From an uncultured bacterium (GTDB taxonomy: Bacteria > SAR324 > NAC60-12): 35,298 bases of DNA. Location of the stretch: NCBI GenBank assembly GCA_965662235.1, contig CBFIGY010000004.1:92373-127670 (forward strand), given 5' to 3'. Made by a program: the position numbers and the translations under genes. This document shows, piece after piece, positions 17,690-25,705 of the stretch. Below the pieces are notes generated by a model, which was given only the letters and a program-made list of their open reading frames with translations, had not been told where the DNA came from and made no database searches. Numbering within the stretch: position 1 is the first letter of the stretch; every line of letters begins with the position of its first letter.

Positions 17690-19092
17690 GCCGGACGAGG
17701 AGCTGAGCGGAGGACCGTTACCGGAGTCGGCCCTTCGTTTTGCAGCGTATACCCTTCCAGACACGCCGGGAGGAAGTGAGCGTCCAGCGCCTCCACTTTT
17801 TCCTGAAACCCTTCCCCTGTGAGCAGCACTTCCCCTCCGACTGGAATCACCAGGTGGTACTGCTGGTGGAGCGTCTCGTTCCAACAGGCGCCGGGCGCGA
17901 GCGTCAACCGGTGGGCGGTGAAGTCCGGAAAGTCCACAAACTGCTCCACGCGGACCCCTTCCGCTTCTGTCTGCAGCACAGGCGGTGGCGGTTCATACGG
18001 AGCCGGGTCCATCTTCTCCAGCGCAATCTTGGTGTCCCAGTGGTCCTGAGTCAGGACTTTTTGAGCGAACATGACAATGCGTCGCTCGTAGTGGGGCGTC
18101 TGAAACTCGACCACGCGGATGCCATGCCGCAGGGAGTGCATGTTGAAGGCGGGAAAGCCGACGATGTCTCCTACACGAACGGGGTGGTCGCCGACAAAGG
18201 ACTCGACCTGCTTCCGGAGGGCCTGCTCCTCTTCCGCAAGAGACGCTGGCACCGTTGCCAAGAGCGAGGAGACTGTTGCCGGATCCAGCGCTTCATTCGG
18301 AGGCAGTCCCCGGCGGTTCTTTTCCTCATCAAGGAGCGTGTCAATGCGTCTCCGGACCGACTCGTAACGCTGAACATGGTTCCGGAAGTCGTCCTTGAGG
18401 CGCTGGAGCCCCGCGGAGCCGTGTTCCTTCTGATAGGCTGCGAGTGGAGCGGGATGAAAGCCGGCTTTGATGATCCCGACTCCGTCCGGCCACGCCTGCG
18501 GATCCACCTCGGTGACCACATAGACCTCCCACTTCTCCTCATGCATCTCTAGGTACAGGTCCCCAATCACTTCTTCTGGAACCGGATTGAGGGTCTTGAG
18601 AAGGATGAGCTGCTCAGGCGCGCCTGCCAACCAGCTTTCTCGGAAGAGGCTCAGGGCGTGCGGCAACTCGGTACGGGTGGCCTCGGTTCCGACCTGAACA
18701 ACCCCGCGCTTCTCAACGCCGGTGTACCACCCTTCAAACCCCCAAGGCTTCGGAATGTCGAGGCGCTTGAGCCGGAGCGGTTGATGGCGGCTGAGGACCT
18801 CTGCCCGCTTACGGGCCGCAATCGGTTGCAGGCGGAACGGTGAGGGGGCCGCTTCCACCCACTGCTGGACGACCTCGGGAACCTCGGCGCCCTTCCAGGT
18901 GCAGCCCTGAAGCTGAGTTCCCTTCCAGTGCAACAGTTCCTGAATCTCAACGGGCTCCGATTCGTCGGTCCAGGACTCCATCCGGAGGCGTGTCAGGAGC
19001 AGACAGCCCTCTTGGGGACGTTCCGGGAGGCTTTGCCAGACAGCTTCAGCCGAGGTTTCGGCCGTGTTGAGGTCTCGGTGTTCGAAAAACAT
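17680..19092 (-). CDS. Cupin protein, type I phosphomannose-isomerase-like
   Basis: IPKPWG..WY, LILLKTL, LYLEMH..KWEVY, HSLRHG..VVEFQ and a C-terminal cupin. Start set at ATG 19092 (MFFEHR), 14 nt after the racemase stop, instead of 19242 which overlaps it. Confidence 0.6.
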   Translation of the reverse strand: MFFEHRDLNTAETSAEAVWQSLPERPQEGCLLLTRLRMESWTDESEPVEIQELLHWKGTQLQGCTWKGAEVPEVVQQWVEAAPSPFRLQPIAARKRAEVLSRHQPLRLKRLDIPKPWGFEGWYTGVEKRGVVQVGTEATRTELPHALSLFRESWLAGAPEQLILLKTLNPVPEEVIGDLYLEMHEEKWEVYVVTEVDPQAWPDGVGIIKAGFHPAPLAAYQKEHGSAGLQRLKDDFRNHVQRYESVRRRIDTLLDEEKNRRGLPPNEALDPATVSSLLATVPASLAEEEQALRKQVESFVGDHPVRVGDIVGFPAFNMHSLRHGIRVVEFQTPHYERRIVMFAQKVLTQDHWDTKIALEKMDPAPYEPPPPVLQTEAEGVRVEQFVDFPDFTAHRLTLAPGACWNETLHQQYHLVIPVGGEVLLTGEGFQEKVEALDAHFLPACLEGYTLQNEGPTPVTVLRSAPRPAQP

Positions 19093-19106
19093 GGCAGCTG
19101 ATGGAC

Positions 19107-19985
19107 CTAGGAAAGGGGTTGGGCCAACTCCGGGACCACCTGCAGGTCCGCGACGGCTTGACTCAGCAACGGACTCAGAGGCGTCAGGTAGGTGCTCAGG
19201 GTTCGCTGCTCCTGTTCCGGGAGCGCATAAGGAGAGTAGCATAGCGCACTTGGGGCAGAGCCGGCTAGCGACTTTTCAGAGGCGGGCTGAAAGGCCTGTT
19301 TCAGCGCTTCGGCCGCGACCTGATTGGGGCTCAGCAGCGTCAGATCCACAATGCCCAGCGCCCGGAGCTCGCGGAGGAAAAGGTCTGCCTGAAACGCGTA
19401 GTGAGTGCAGCCCAAAAAGACCTGCGCAGCTTCCGGACGTCCGGTGGCCTCCCACGCTGCTGTCGCATACGAACAGAGGAGCGGCTGAGCCTGGTGGCCG
19501 GAAGCATCAGCGGAAATGGCCGAAGCGAGTTCTGGACAGGGCTGTCCCCAAACGTCTGAGGCGTTCTCAAACAGGCTCGTGTAGGTGCCTTCCGCGTGAG
19601 TGGACGGCGTCGTGAAGAGAAGCTTCAGCCCCGGTGGAGCCTGCAGGAGCAGGTCCTGACTGAGGGGGACCATTCCGGTCACCTGACGAGGGTGCGTTTG
19701 GACGAATGGAATCTCAGGGAGGAGGACCGACAGCGAGTGGCAGGCGACAAAGATGTGGTCTGGAGCAAGCTGCGCGTGGATGCGCTGCAGGACCGTGTTG
19801 AAGACGGCGAGGCGCTCGTCTCGATGCGGCATGGCGTTGTAGCCTCGGTCATCTGACGGGACCGCGTTGACGTACACAACCTCTAGGGGAAACGGCTGAT
19901 GGGCCAGCTGCTTCAGGAGCCACCCAGCCACATGGAGGCCGCCGAGTCCGGAGTCGGTGATGACGAGGCGGGGCGCCCTGAGCAT
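19107..19985 (-). CDS. Aspartate/glutamate racemase family protein (MurI-like, divergent)
   Basis: ITDSGLGGL, ACHS (first catalytic Cys), LGCTHY (second catalytic Cys). Confidence 0.8.
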   Translation of the reverse strand: MLRAPRLVITDSGLGGLHVAGWLLKQLAHQPFPLEVVYVNAVPSDDRGYNAMPHRDERLAVFNTVLQRIHAQLAPDHIFVACHSLSVLLPEIPFVQTHPRQVTGMVPLSQDLLLQAPPGLKLLFTTPSTHAEGTYTSLFENASDVWGQPCPELASAISADASGHQAQPLLCSYATAAWEATGRPEAAQVFLGCTHYAFQADLFLRELRALGIVDLTLLSPNQVAAEALKQAFQPASEKSLAGSAPSALCYSPYALPEQEQRTLSTYLTPLSPLLSQAVADLQVVPELAQPLS

Positions 19986-19986
19986 A

Positions 19987-20361
19987 TCAGGCGGCCGCCG
20001 GTGGGGTGAGCAGGTCCTTGAGACGACCGTCTGCGATCAGACGTTCTAGGTCCTGGGCTCCGCCGACGAGAGCACCGTTGACAAACACCTGAGGAAAGGT
20101 GGGCCAGCCGCTCCACATCTTGATCGCCAGCCGGGGCTTCCACTGAGACAGGTACCCTCCATATTCCAAGTAGGTGTAGGAAATTCCCTCGTTGTCCAGC
20201 GCCTGGCGAGCCTTTTTGACAAAGGGGTTGACGCTCATGCCAACGACCACAACAGGACTCTGACGAAGGGCTTCCTCAATTTCCGTGATGGTGCTCCGGT
20301 GGTAGCCGGCCACCGTGTCATTGAGCTCTGGAAGGAGGTTGGAGAGGATCAGGCGTTCCAT
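19987..20361 (-). CDS. Glutaredoxin-fold protein lacking cysteine
   Basis: WSGWPTFPQVFVNGALVGG is the monothiol-Grx signature; the active-site position reads NPFV; no Cys in 124 aa. Confidence 0.85.
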   Translation of the reverse strand: MERLILSNLLPELNDTVAGYHRSTITEIEEALRQSPVVVVGMSVNPFVKKARQALDNEGISYTYLEYGGYLSQWKPRLAIKMWSGWPTFPQVFVNGALVGGAQDLERLIADGRLKDLLTPPAAA

Positions 20362-20397
20362 TCAAGGTTCCGAAAGAAGTTGAGGCAGGACTCCGTT

Positions 20398-20426
20398 ACG
20401 ATACGCCATTGGGGGTTCGGCAACAA
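20398..20426 (-). promoter_or_regulatory. Candidate internal sigma70 promoter for the grx-racemase-cupin genes
   Basis: Minus strand TTGTTG-17 nt-TATCGT, ~36 nt upstream of the glutaredoxin ATG. Confidence 0.3.
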
Positions 20427-20476
20427 GTCAAACGAGGCCCCGGCCCTGCTGGAAAGTCCCTCCTCTGGGAAAAAAT

Positions 20477-21640
20477 TCAGCTTTCGGACTCCTCAAACAG
20501 TTCCCGGCCAATGAGCATGCGGCGGATTTCGTTGGTCCCTGCGCCAATGTCGTAGAGCTTGGCGTCCCGGAGGAGCCGTCCGGCAGGGTAGTCGTTGATG
20601 TAGCCGTTTCCTCCCAGCGTTTGGATCGCCTCCAGAGCGACCTTGACGGCGCTTTCTGAGGAGTAGAGCAGGCAGGCGGCAGTGTCGCGCCGAGAGGCCG
20701 TTCCCTTTTCTGCATTTTCCGCAATCCGGTAGGCAAAGGCCCGGCTGCTTTGCAATGCCACGTACATGTCCGCGAGCTTTCCCTGCATCAGCTCAAAGGT
20801 GCCAATGGGGCGGTCGAACTGCCAGCGCTCGTGGACGTATGGGAGAACCAGGTCGAGTGCCGCCTGCATGATGCCGATGGGCCCTCCAGAGAGCACAAGC
20901 CGCTCGTAGTTGAGTCCGGACATAAGCACCCGCACCCCTTGGTTCACCTCACCCATGACCTGCGAGTCCGGGAGCACGCAGTCTTCAAACACCAGCTCGC
21001 AGGTGTTGGAACCACGCATGCCCAGTTTGTCGAGCTTCTGGGCGGTGGAGAAGCCGGGCATTCCTTTTTCCACAAGGAAGGTGGTCATGGCGCGGGATCC
21101 GGCGTCTTTGGGGGCTGTGCGCATGTACACCACCAGGACATCGGCATCAGGACCGTTGGTGATCCACATCTTGTTGCCGTTGGCGATCCAGTGGTCTCCG
21201 CGCCGTTCCGCCCGGCAGCTCATGGAGCCGACGACGTCTGAGCCGGCTCCGGGTTCCGACATGGCCAAGGCGCCCACGAACTCACCAGAGCAGAGCTTCG
21301 GCAGGTACTGCTGCCGCTGCGCCTCGTTTCCATTGAGGTAGATCTGGTTGACACAGAGGTTGGAGTGGGCGCCATAGGAAAGTCCCACGGCGGCTGAAGC
21401 CCGGGAAATTTCCTCCATGGCCACGAGGTGGGCGAGGTAGCTCATTCCAGAGCCGCCGTAGGCTTCCGGAATGGTGAGGCCCAGCAGACCGAGCGCGCCC
21501 ATCTTCTGCCACAGTTCACTTGGGAATTCGTTGTTGCGGTCAATGGCGTCAGCCAGCGGGACAATTTCACGCTCGGCAAATTCCCGGACGCTCTCTCGCA
21601 GGAGGTCGACTTCTTCATTCAGTTGGGTGTCCCAGATCAT
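20477..21640 (-). CDS. ivd: Isovaleryl-CoA dehydrogenase (acyl-CoA dehydrogenase family)
   Basis: [84 protein letters not shown]. Confidence 0.92.
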   Translation of the reverse strand: MIWDTQLNEEVDLLRESVREFAEREIVPLADAIDRNNEFPSELWQKMGALGLLGLTIPEAYGGSGMSYLAHLVAMEEISRASAAVGLSYGAHSNLCVNQIYLNGNEAQRQQYLPKLCSGEFVGALAMSEPGAGSDVVGSMSCRAERRGDHWIANGNKMWITNGPDADVLVVYMRTAPKDAGSRAMTTFLVEKGMPGFSTAQKLDKLGMRGSNTCELVFEDCVLPDSQVMGEVNQGVRVLMSGLNYERLVLSGGPIGIMQAALDLVLPYVHERWQFDRPIGTFELMQGKLADMYVALQSSRAFAYRIAENAEKGTASRRDTAACLLYSSESAVKVALEAIQTLGGNGYINDYPAGRLLRDAKLYDIGAGTNEIRRMLIGRELFEESES

Positions 21641-21688
21641 GCTTTCCTCAAAAGGTGATGCCGCGGTCGGTGGGGGACCGAACGCTGG

Positions 21689-24040
21689 TTAAATGAGCGG
21701 GATTTCGCACTCAGGAGTTTGAAAGGCCGGGCCTCCTTCCAGCTCCGTCAACCGGCGCAGGATCTCCTCTCCGGTGGCGGGCAGGTGGAGCCGTGGCACC
21801 GTCCCCGGACGAACGCAGGACAGCGCGTGCTTGACCGCGACCCACACCGAAAGGCAGAGCATCAGCGGGGGCTCGCCCACTGCCTTAGAGCGCCGGACGT
21901 TGATGTGGTGGTGCGGGTTGTTCACAAAGTCGACGTGCAGAGCATCCGGGAGGTCCTGAATGTTGGGGATTTTGTAGGTCGTGGGAGACGCAGACAACAG
22001 GGCCCCGGATGCAGAGTACCGCAGCTCTTCGTTGGTGACCCAGCCGACGCCCTGAATGAACCCTCCGATGACCTGTCCTCGGTCAATACCGGGGTTGATG
22101 GACTCGCCAATGTCCATGAGCAGGTCCGACCGTACCAGCGTTAAGTGTCCGGTGAAACGGTCAATTTCGACCTCTGATACCGCGGCGCCGGTGGTGTAGT
22201 AAAAGAACGGAGAACCCTTGCCTGTGTCACGGTTGAAGTCAACGCCAGGGGTCCGGTAGAAACCCCGTTCGCCCAGGCTGATGCGTTCCAAATAGGCACC
22301 CTGAACCAACTCGGCAAAGGAGAGGCGCCGTTCAGGATTGCGGCGGTCCCAGACCTCATTGTCCACAAACTCCACGAGCTCTGGTTCTGGAGCAAGGCCG
22401 GCTTCCGGATGCGCCAGCTGCTGCGCTGCAAAGGTGGCCAGTCGTGCCCGGATCTTTCCACAGGCCTCCACGGCTGCCATCCCGTTGAGGTCCGTCCCTG
22501 CGGAAGCGGCGGTGGGCGAGGCGTTGTTATTTTTTTCCGTAGAGGTGGTCATGACCCGGACCTGGTCGTAGTGAACGCCCAGTGCATCGGCAACGAGCTG
22601 CCGGATTTTGGTGTTCAAACCCTGGCCCATTTCGGTGCCTCCAGTAGAGACCTGGACGGAGCCATCCTTGTAAAGGTTGACTAAGGCGCTGCCCTGGTTG
22701 AGGAACTTCGAGGTGAAGGAAATGCCGAACTTCACCGGCGTCAGGGCCAGTCCACGGAGGGTGGTGGACGATGTTCGGTTGAACGCCTCCACGTCTGCCA
22801 GTCGAGCACGGTAATCCGAACGTTCCACCAACTGGTCCATGATTTCAGGGAGAACGTGGGTGGTGAGGCGCTGTCCGTAAGGAGCAAGGTTCTGGTGTTC
22901 ACGGTCGTAGAGGTTGAGGCGCCGGACGTCATAGGCATCCTTTCCGAGTGTGAGCGCCACTTCCTGGAGGACATTTTCCACATTGGCCATGCCCTGCGGT
23001 CCACCGAATCCCCGGAAGGCTGTGTTTGGGGGAAGGTTGGTGCGGCAAACGGTTCCCCGGAAGCGCACATTCGGGATCGCATAGGCGTTGTCTGAGTGCA
23101 GCAGGGTTCGCTCCATGATGGACGTGGAGAGGTCTGCAGAGGCCCCAGCGTTGGAGTAGATGTCAAAATCGAGCCCGGTGACGCGCCCTTCGGAGGTGAA
23201 GGTGGCACGGTAGCGAATCTGATAGGGGTGCCGCTTCCCGGTGGTCTTCATGTCGTCGTCTTTGGTCCAGGCGACTCGGGCTGCACGTTGGGTGTGGTGG
23301 GCCACCAGCGCTGCCATGACAGCAGGAATGGCCGCCTGGGTCTCCTTGCCTCCAAACCCGCCTCCCATGCGTTTGCAGATGCAGACGACATCGTGAAAGC
23401 CAATTCCGAGTGCCTCGGCCACGACCTGCTGAATCTCCGTTGGGTTCTGGGTGGAAGAGTGGAGGTGAATCTGTCCGTCTTCTGCAGGAACCGCTAGGGC
23501 GGCCTGAGACTCGAGGTAGAACTGTTCCTGTCCGTTGCAGAAGAAGGTCCCTTCGAGCCGGTGTTCAGCATTTTCCCAAGTGGCGTCAAAGTCCCCTTGC
23601 TCAATGCTCCGGGTCGGGCCAATGAACTGCTGGGCAGCAATGGCCTGGTCGATGGTCAAAATGGGGGGCTGCTCCTCAATGTCCCAGCGGACCCGGGCCT
23701 TGGCTTCTCGGAGGGCCCGGAGGTTCTGTGCTGCGACAACGGCAATGGGCTGTCCGATGTACTCAACCGTGTCTTCGGCAAGGAAGCGTTCATCGGCAAT
23801 GACGGGCCCGAACAGGTTGTGCCCCGGAAGGTCCGCCGCCGTGTAGAGCGCCACAACGCCGGGAAGGGCCCGGAGCTCATCTTGGTTGAATCCACGGAGT
23901 CGACCGCATGCTACGGGACTGGCGAGGTAATCCACAACCAGCTCTCCGCGGAAGGGAGGAAGGTCGTCGAGGTAGCGGGCTTCTCCGGTGACGTGTCCAA
24001 CAGCGGAGTCGTGAGGAATGGTTTGGCCAACGGAAGTCAT
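21689..24040 (-). CDS. xdhB: Xanthine dehydrogenase molybdopterin-binding subunit
   Basis: HVTGEARYLDD, QEQFYLE, RMGGGFGGKETQ, TAFRGFGGPQG, VKFGISFT, GGTEMGQGLNTK, SPTAASAG, SKAVGEPPL. Confidence 0.95.
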   Translation of the reverse strand: MTSVGQTIPHDSAVGHVTGEARYLDDLPPFRGELVVDYLASPVACGRLRGFNQDELRALPGVVALYTAADLPGHNLFGPVIADERFLAEDTVEYIGQPIAVVAAQNLRALREAKARVRWDIEEQPPILTIDQAIAAQQFIGPTRSIEQGDFDATWENAEHRLEGTFFCNGQEQFYLESQAALAVPAEDGQIHLHSSTQNPTEIQQVVAEALGIGFHDVVCICKRMGGGFGGKETQAAIPAVMAALVAHHTQRAARVAWTKDDDMKTTGKRHPYQIRYRATFTSEGRVTGLDFDIYSNAGASADLSTSIMERTLLHSDNAYAIPNVRFRGTVCRTNLPPNTAFRGFGGPQGMANVENVLQEVALTLGKDAYDVRRLNLYDREHQNLAPYGQRLTTHVLPEIMDQLVERSDYRARLADVEAFNRTSSTTLRGLALTPVKFGISFTSKFLNQGSALVNLYKDGSVQVSTGGTEMGQGLNTKIRQLVADALGVHYDQVRVMTTSTEKNNNASPTAASAGTDLNGMAAVEACGKIRARLATFAAQQLAHPEAGLAPEPELVEFVDNEVWDRRNPERRLSFAELVQGAYLERISLGERGFYRTPGVDFNRDTGKGSPFFYYTTGAAVSEVEIDRFTGHLTLVRSDLLMDIGESINPGIDRGQVIGGFIQGVGWVTNEELRYSASGALLSASPTTYKIPNIQDLPDALHVDFVNNPHHHINVRRSKAVGEPPLMLCLSVWVAVKHALSCVRPGTVPRLHLPATGEEILRRLTELEGGPAFQTPECEIPLI

Positions 24041-24112
24041 GCGTCTTTCTCAGCAGTCAGAAGAGGAGCGCCCATGGTTTCACCCCGGTCAACGGCAGGC
24101 GCCAGCAGGTGG

Positions 24113-25579
24113 TTAAGAAGCCAGAGGGGCCGCGGCGGCGTTGGCAAACAGGTCGTGATGGAGCTTCCGGAAGAGGTTTTCCGTGACCTGCAGGCGGTAA
24201 TCCTGAGATGCCCGGACATCGGAGATGGGCGTGATTTCTTCACGAGCCTGTTTGCCCGCCAAGGCGAAGGTCTCTGAAGTCAGTGGCTTTCCCTTGAGCA
24301 GAGCCTCGGTTTGCGGAAGCCGCAGGACCGTTGGGCCCACCCCTCCAACAGCGACCCGGACGGTATCGATGTGACCGTCCTGTTGAGTTAAACGGAACCC
24401 GGCGGTGACCGTGGAGATGTCGAGGTCCTTGCGCTTGGAAACCTTGTAAAGCTTCAGGTGTTCCTCTGGATGGGGGAGCGGGAGGTAAAGCGCGGTGATC
24501 AGCTCATCCGGAGCCAGATCGAGTTGCTTGTAACCGTGATAGAACTGGTTGATGTTGACCCGCCGGGTTCCGGAAGGACCGGTGAGTTCGACTTCGGTTT
24601 CCATGACAAACAGGAACGGCATGGAGTCCGCGATTGGGGAGCCGTTTCCGACGTTTCCAGCGAGGGTGCCTGCATTCTTGATTTGCGGAGAGGCGAACAC
24701 CTGAATGATGCGGAAAAATTCAGGAAGGTGCGTCCGAGCGAAAGCCTCCACATCCGTCCAGGTTGCCTTGGCGCCGATTCGGAGGGTGTTGCCCTGCACC
24801 TCAACCCCTTCAAGCTCCTTGAGGTGAGTGAGGCTGAGGATGAACTTGGGGGCCAGCCGTCCCTTGTTCATCTGAACTGAAATGTCCGTGCCTCCGGACA
24901 CCACCACAGCCTTGGGGGTCCGGGCCTTGAAGCTGATGGCATCTTCTAGGCTGATGGGCAGGCTGATGACCACGGCGTGCCGTTCTGGCGTGTGGCTTTC
25001 CGCATACGTCAGGGTCGCAGGGTCTTCGGAACACTCGAGCAGCTCCTGCAGCATGGTGGCGTTGTGGTAGCGTTCTGCAAGCGACGGCAGAGGGAGGCGG
25101 TTGAGCTGGAGGGCGGCTTCAATGATCTGCTCATACCCTGTGCAGCGGCAGAGGTTGCCCGTGAGGCCATCCTTGACGCTCTGGCGGGTCAGGGGCTGTT
25201 GCTGTTCCACCATGCCCGCCAGTGCCATCACAAATCCGGGGGTGCAGTACCCGCACTGCGACCCAAAGGAATCGACCATCACCTGCTGAACCGGATGCAG
25301 CGCCTCTGCTTCCCGGAGGCCTTCCACCGTAATGACGTGGCGACCATCGAGCTGCCAGAGGTACTGAATGCAGCCGTCAATGGGCTGGTAAACGAGCCGG
25401 TCTGCTTCCGGAGTGCCAATGAGCACCGTGCAGGACCCGCAGTCTCCTTCGGCACACACGACTTTGGTCCCTGGAAGTCCGATCTCGTAGCGGAGGAAGT
25501 CCGTCAGCGATTGAAAGGCCTGCTCGCCATCAACCTGATATCGTGAGCCATTGACGTAAAAGAGGAGGTAATTGCGCAT
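24113..25579 (-). CDS. xdhA: Xanthine dehydrogenase small subunit (2x[2Fe-2S] + FAD)
   Basis: GTKVVCAEGDCGSCTV, QCGYCTPGF, GNLCRCTGY, SGGTD, FASPQIKNAGTLAGN, KVSKRKDLDIS. Start at ATG 25579 (MRNYLLF). Confidence 0.94.
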   Translation of the reverse strand: MRNYLLFYVNGSRYQVDGEQAFQSLTDFLRYEIGLPGTKVVCAEGDCGSCTVLIGTPEADRLVYQPIDGCIQYLWQLDGRHVITVEGLREAEALHPVQQVMVDSFGSQCGYCTPGFVMALAGMVEQQQPLTRQSVKDGLTGNLCRCTGYEQIIEAALQLNRLPLPSLAERYHNATMLQELLECSEDPATLTYAESHTPERHAVVISLPISLEDAISFKARTPKAVVVSGGTDISVQMNKGRLAPKFILSLTHLKELEGVEVQGNTLRIGAKATWTDVEAFARTHLPEFFRIIQVFASPQIKNAGTLAGNVGNGSPIADSMPFLFVMETEVELTGPSGTRRVNINQFYHGYKQLDLAPDELITALYLPLPHPEEHLKLYKVSKRKDLDISTVTAGFRLTQQDGHIDTVRVAVGGVGPTVLRLPQTEALLKGKPLTSETFALAGKQAREEITPISDVRASQDYRLQVTENLFRKLHHDLFANAAAAPLAS

Positions 25580-25644
25580 CAAGCCACTACGGTAAGACAA
25601 TGCAGAAAATTCCGGAGGTCCGGAATGAAAAGGGCCTGTTGTGG

Positions 25645-25673
25645 TTTTTAGAACAAAGTGCTCCGGAAGGCAA
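25645..25673 (-). promoter_or_regulatory. Candidate sigma70 promoter for xdhAB
   Basis: Minus strand TTGCCT-17 nt-TAAAAA; the spacer contains a TCCGGA site. Confidence 0.25.
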
Positions 25674-25705
25674 GGGAAATGCGGGGGGAGGGCTTGGGGA
25701 ATCGG

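Noticed and set aside
19093..19242. N-terminal 50 aa of the 520-aa ORF call
   Set aside because: Overlaps the racemase 3' end and is low-complexity; ATG at 19092 fits operon spacing better.
20221..20245. Possible selenocysteine at the glutaredoxin active site
   Set aside because: Codons read Met-Ser-Val-Asn-Pro-Phe; no in-frame TGA.
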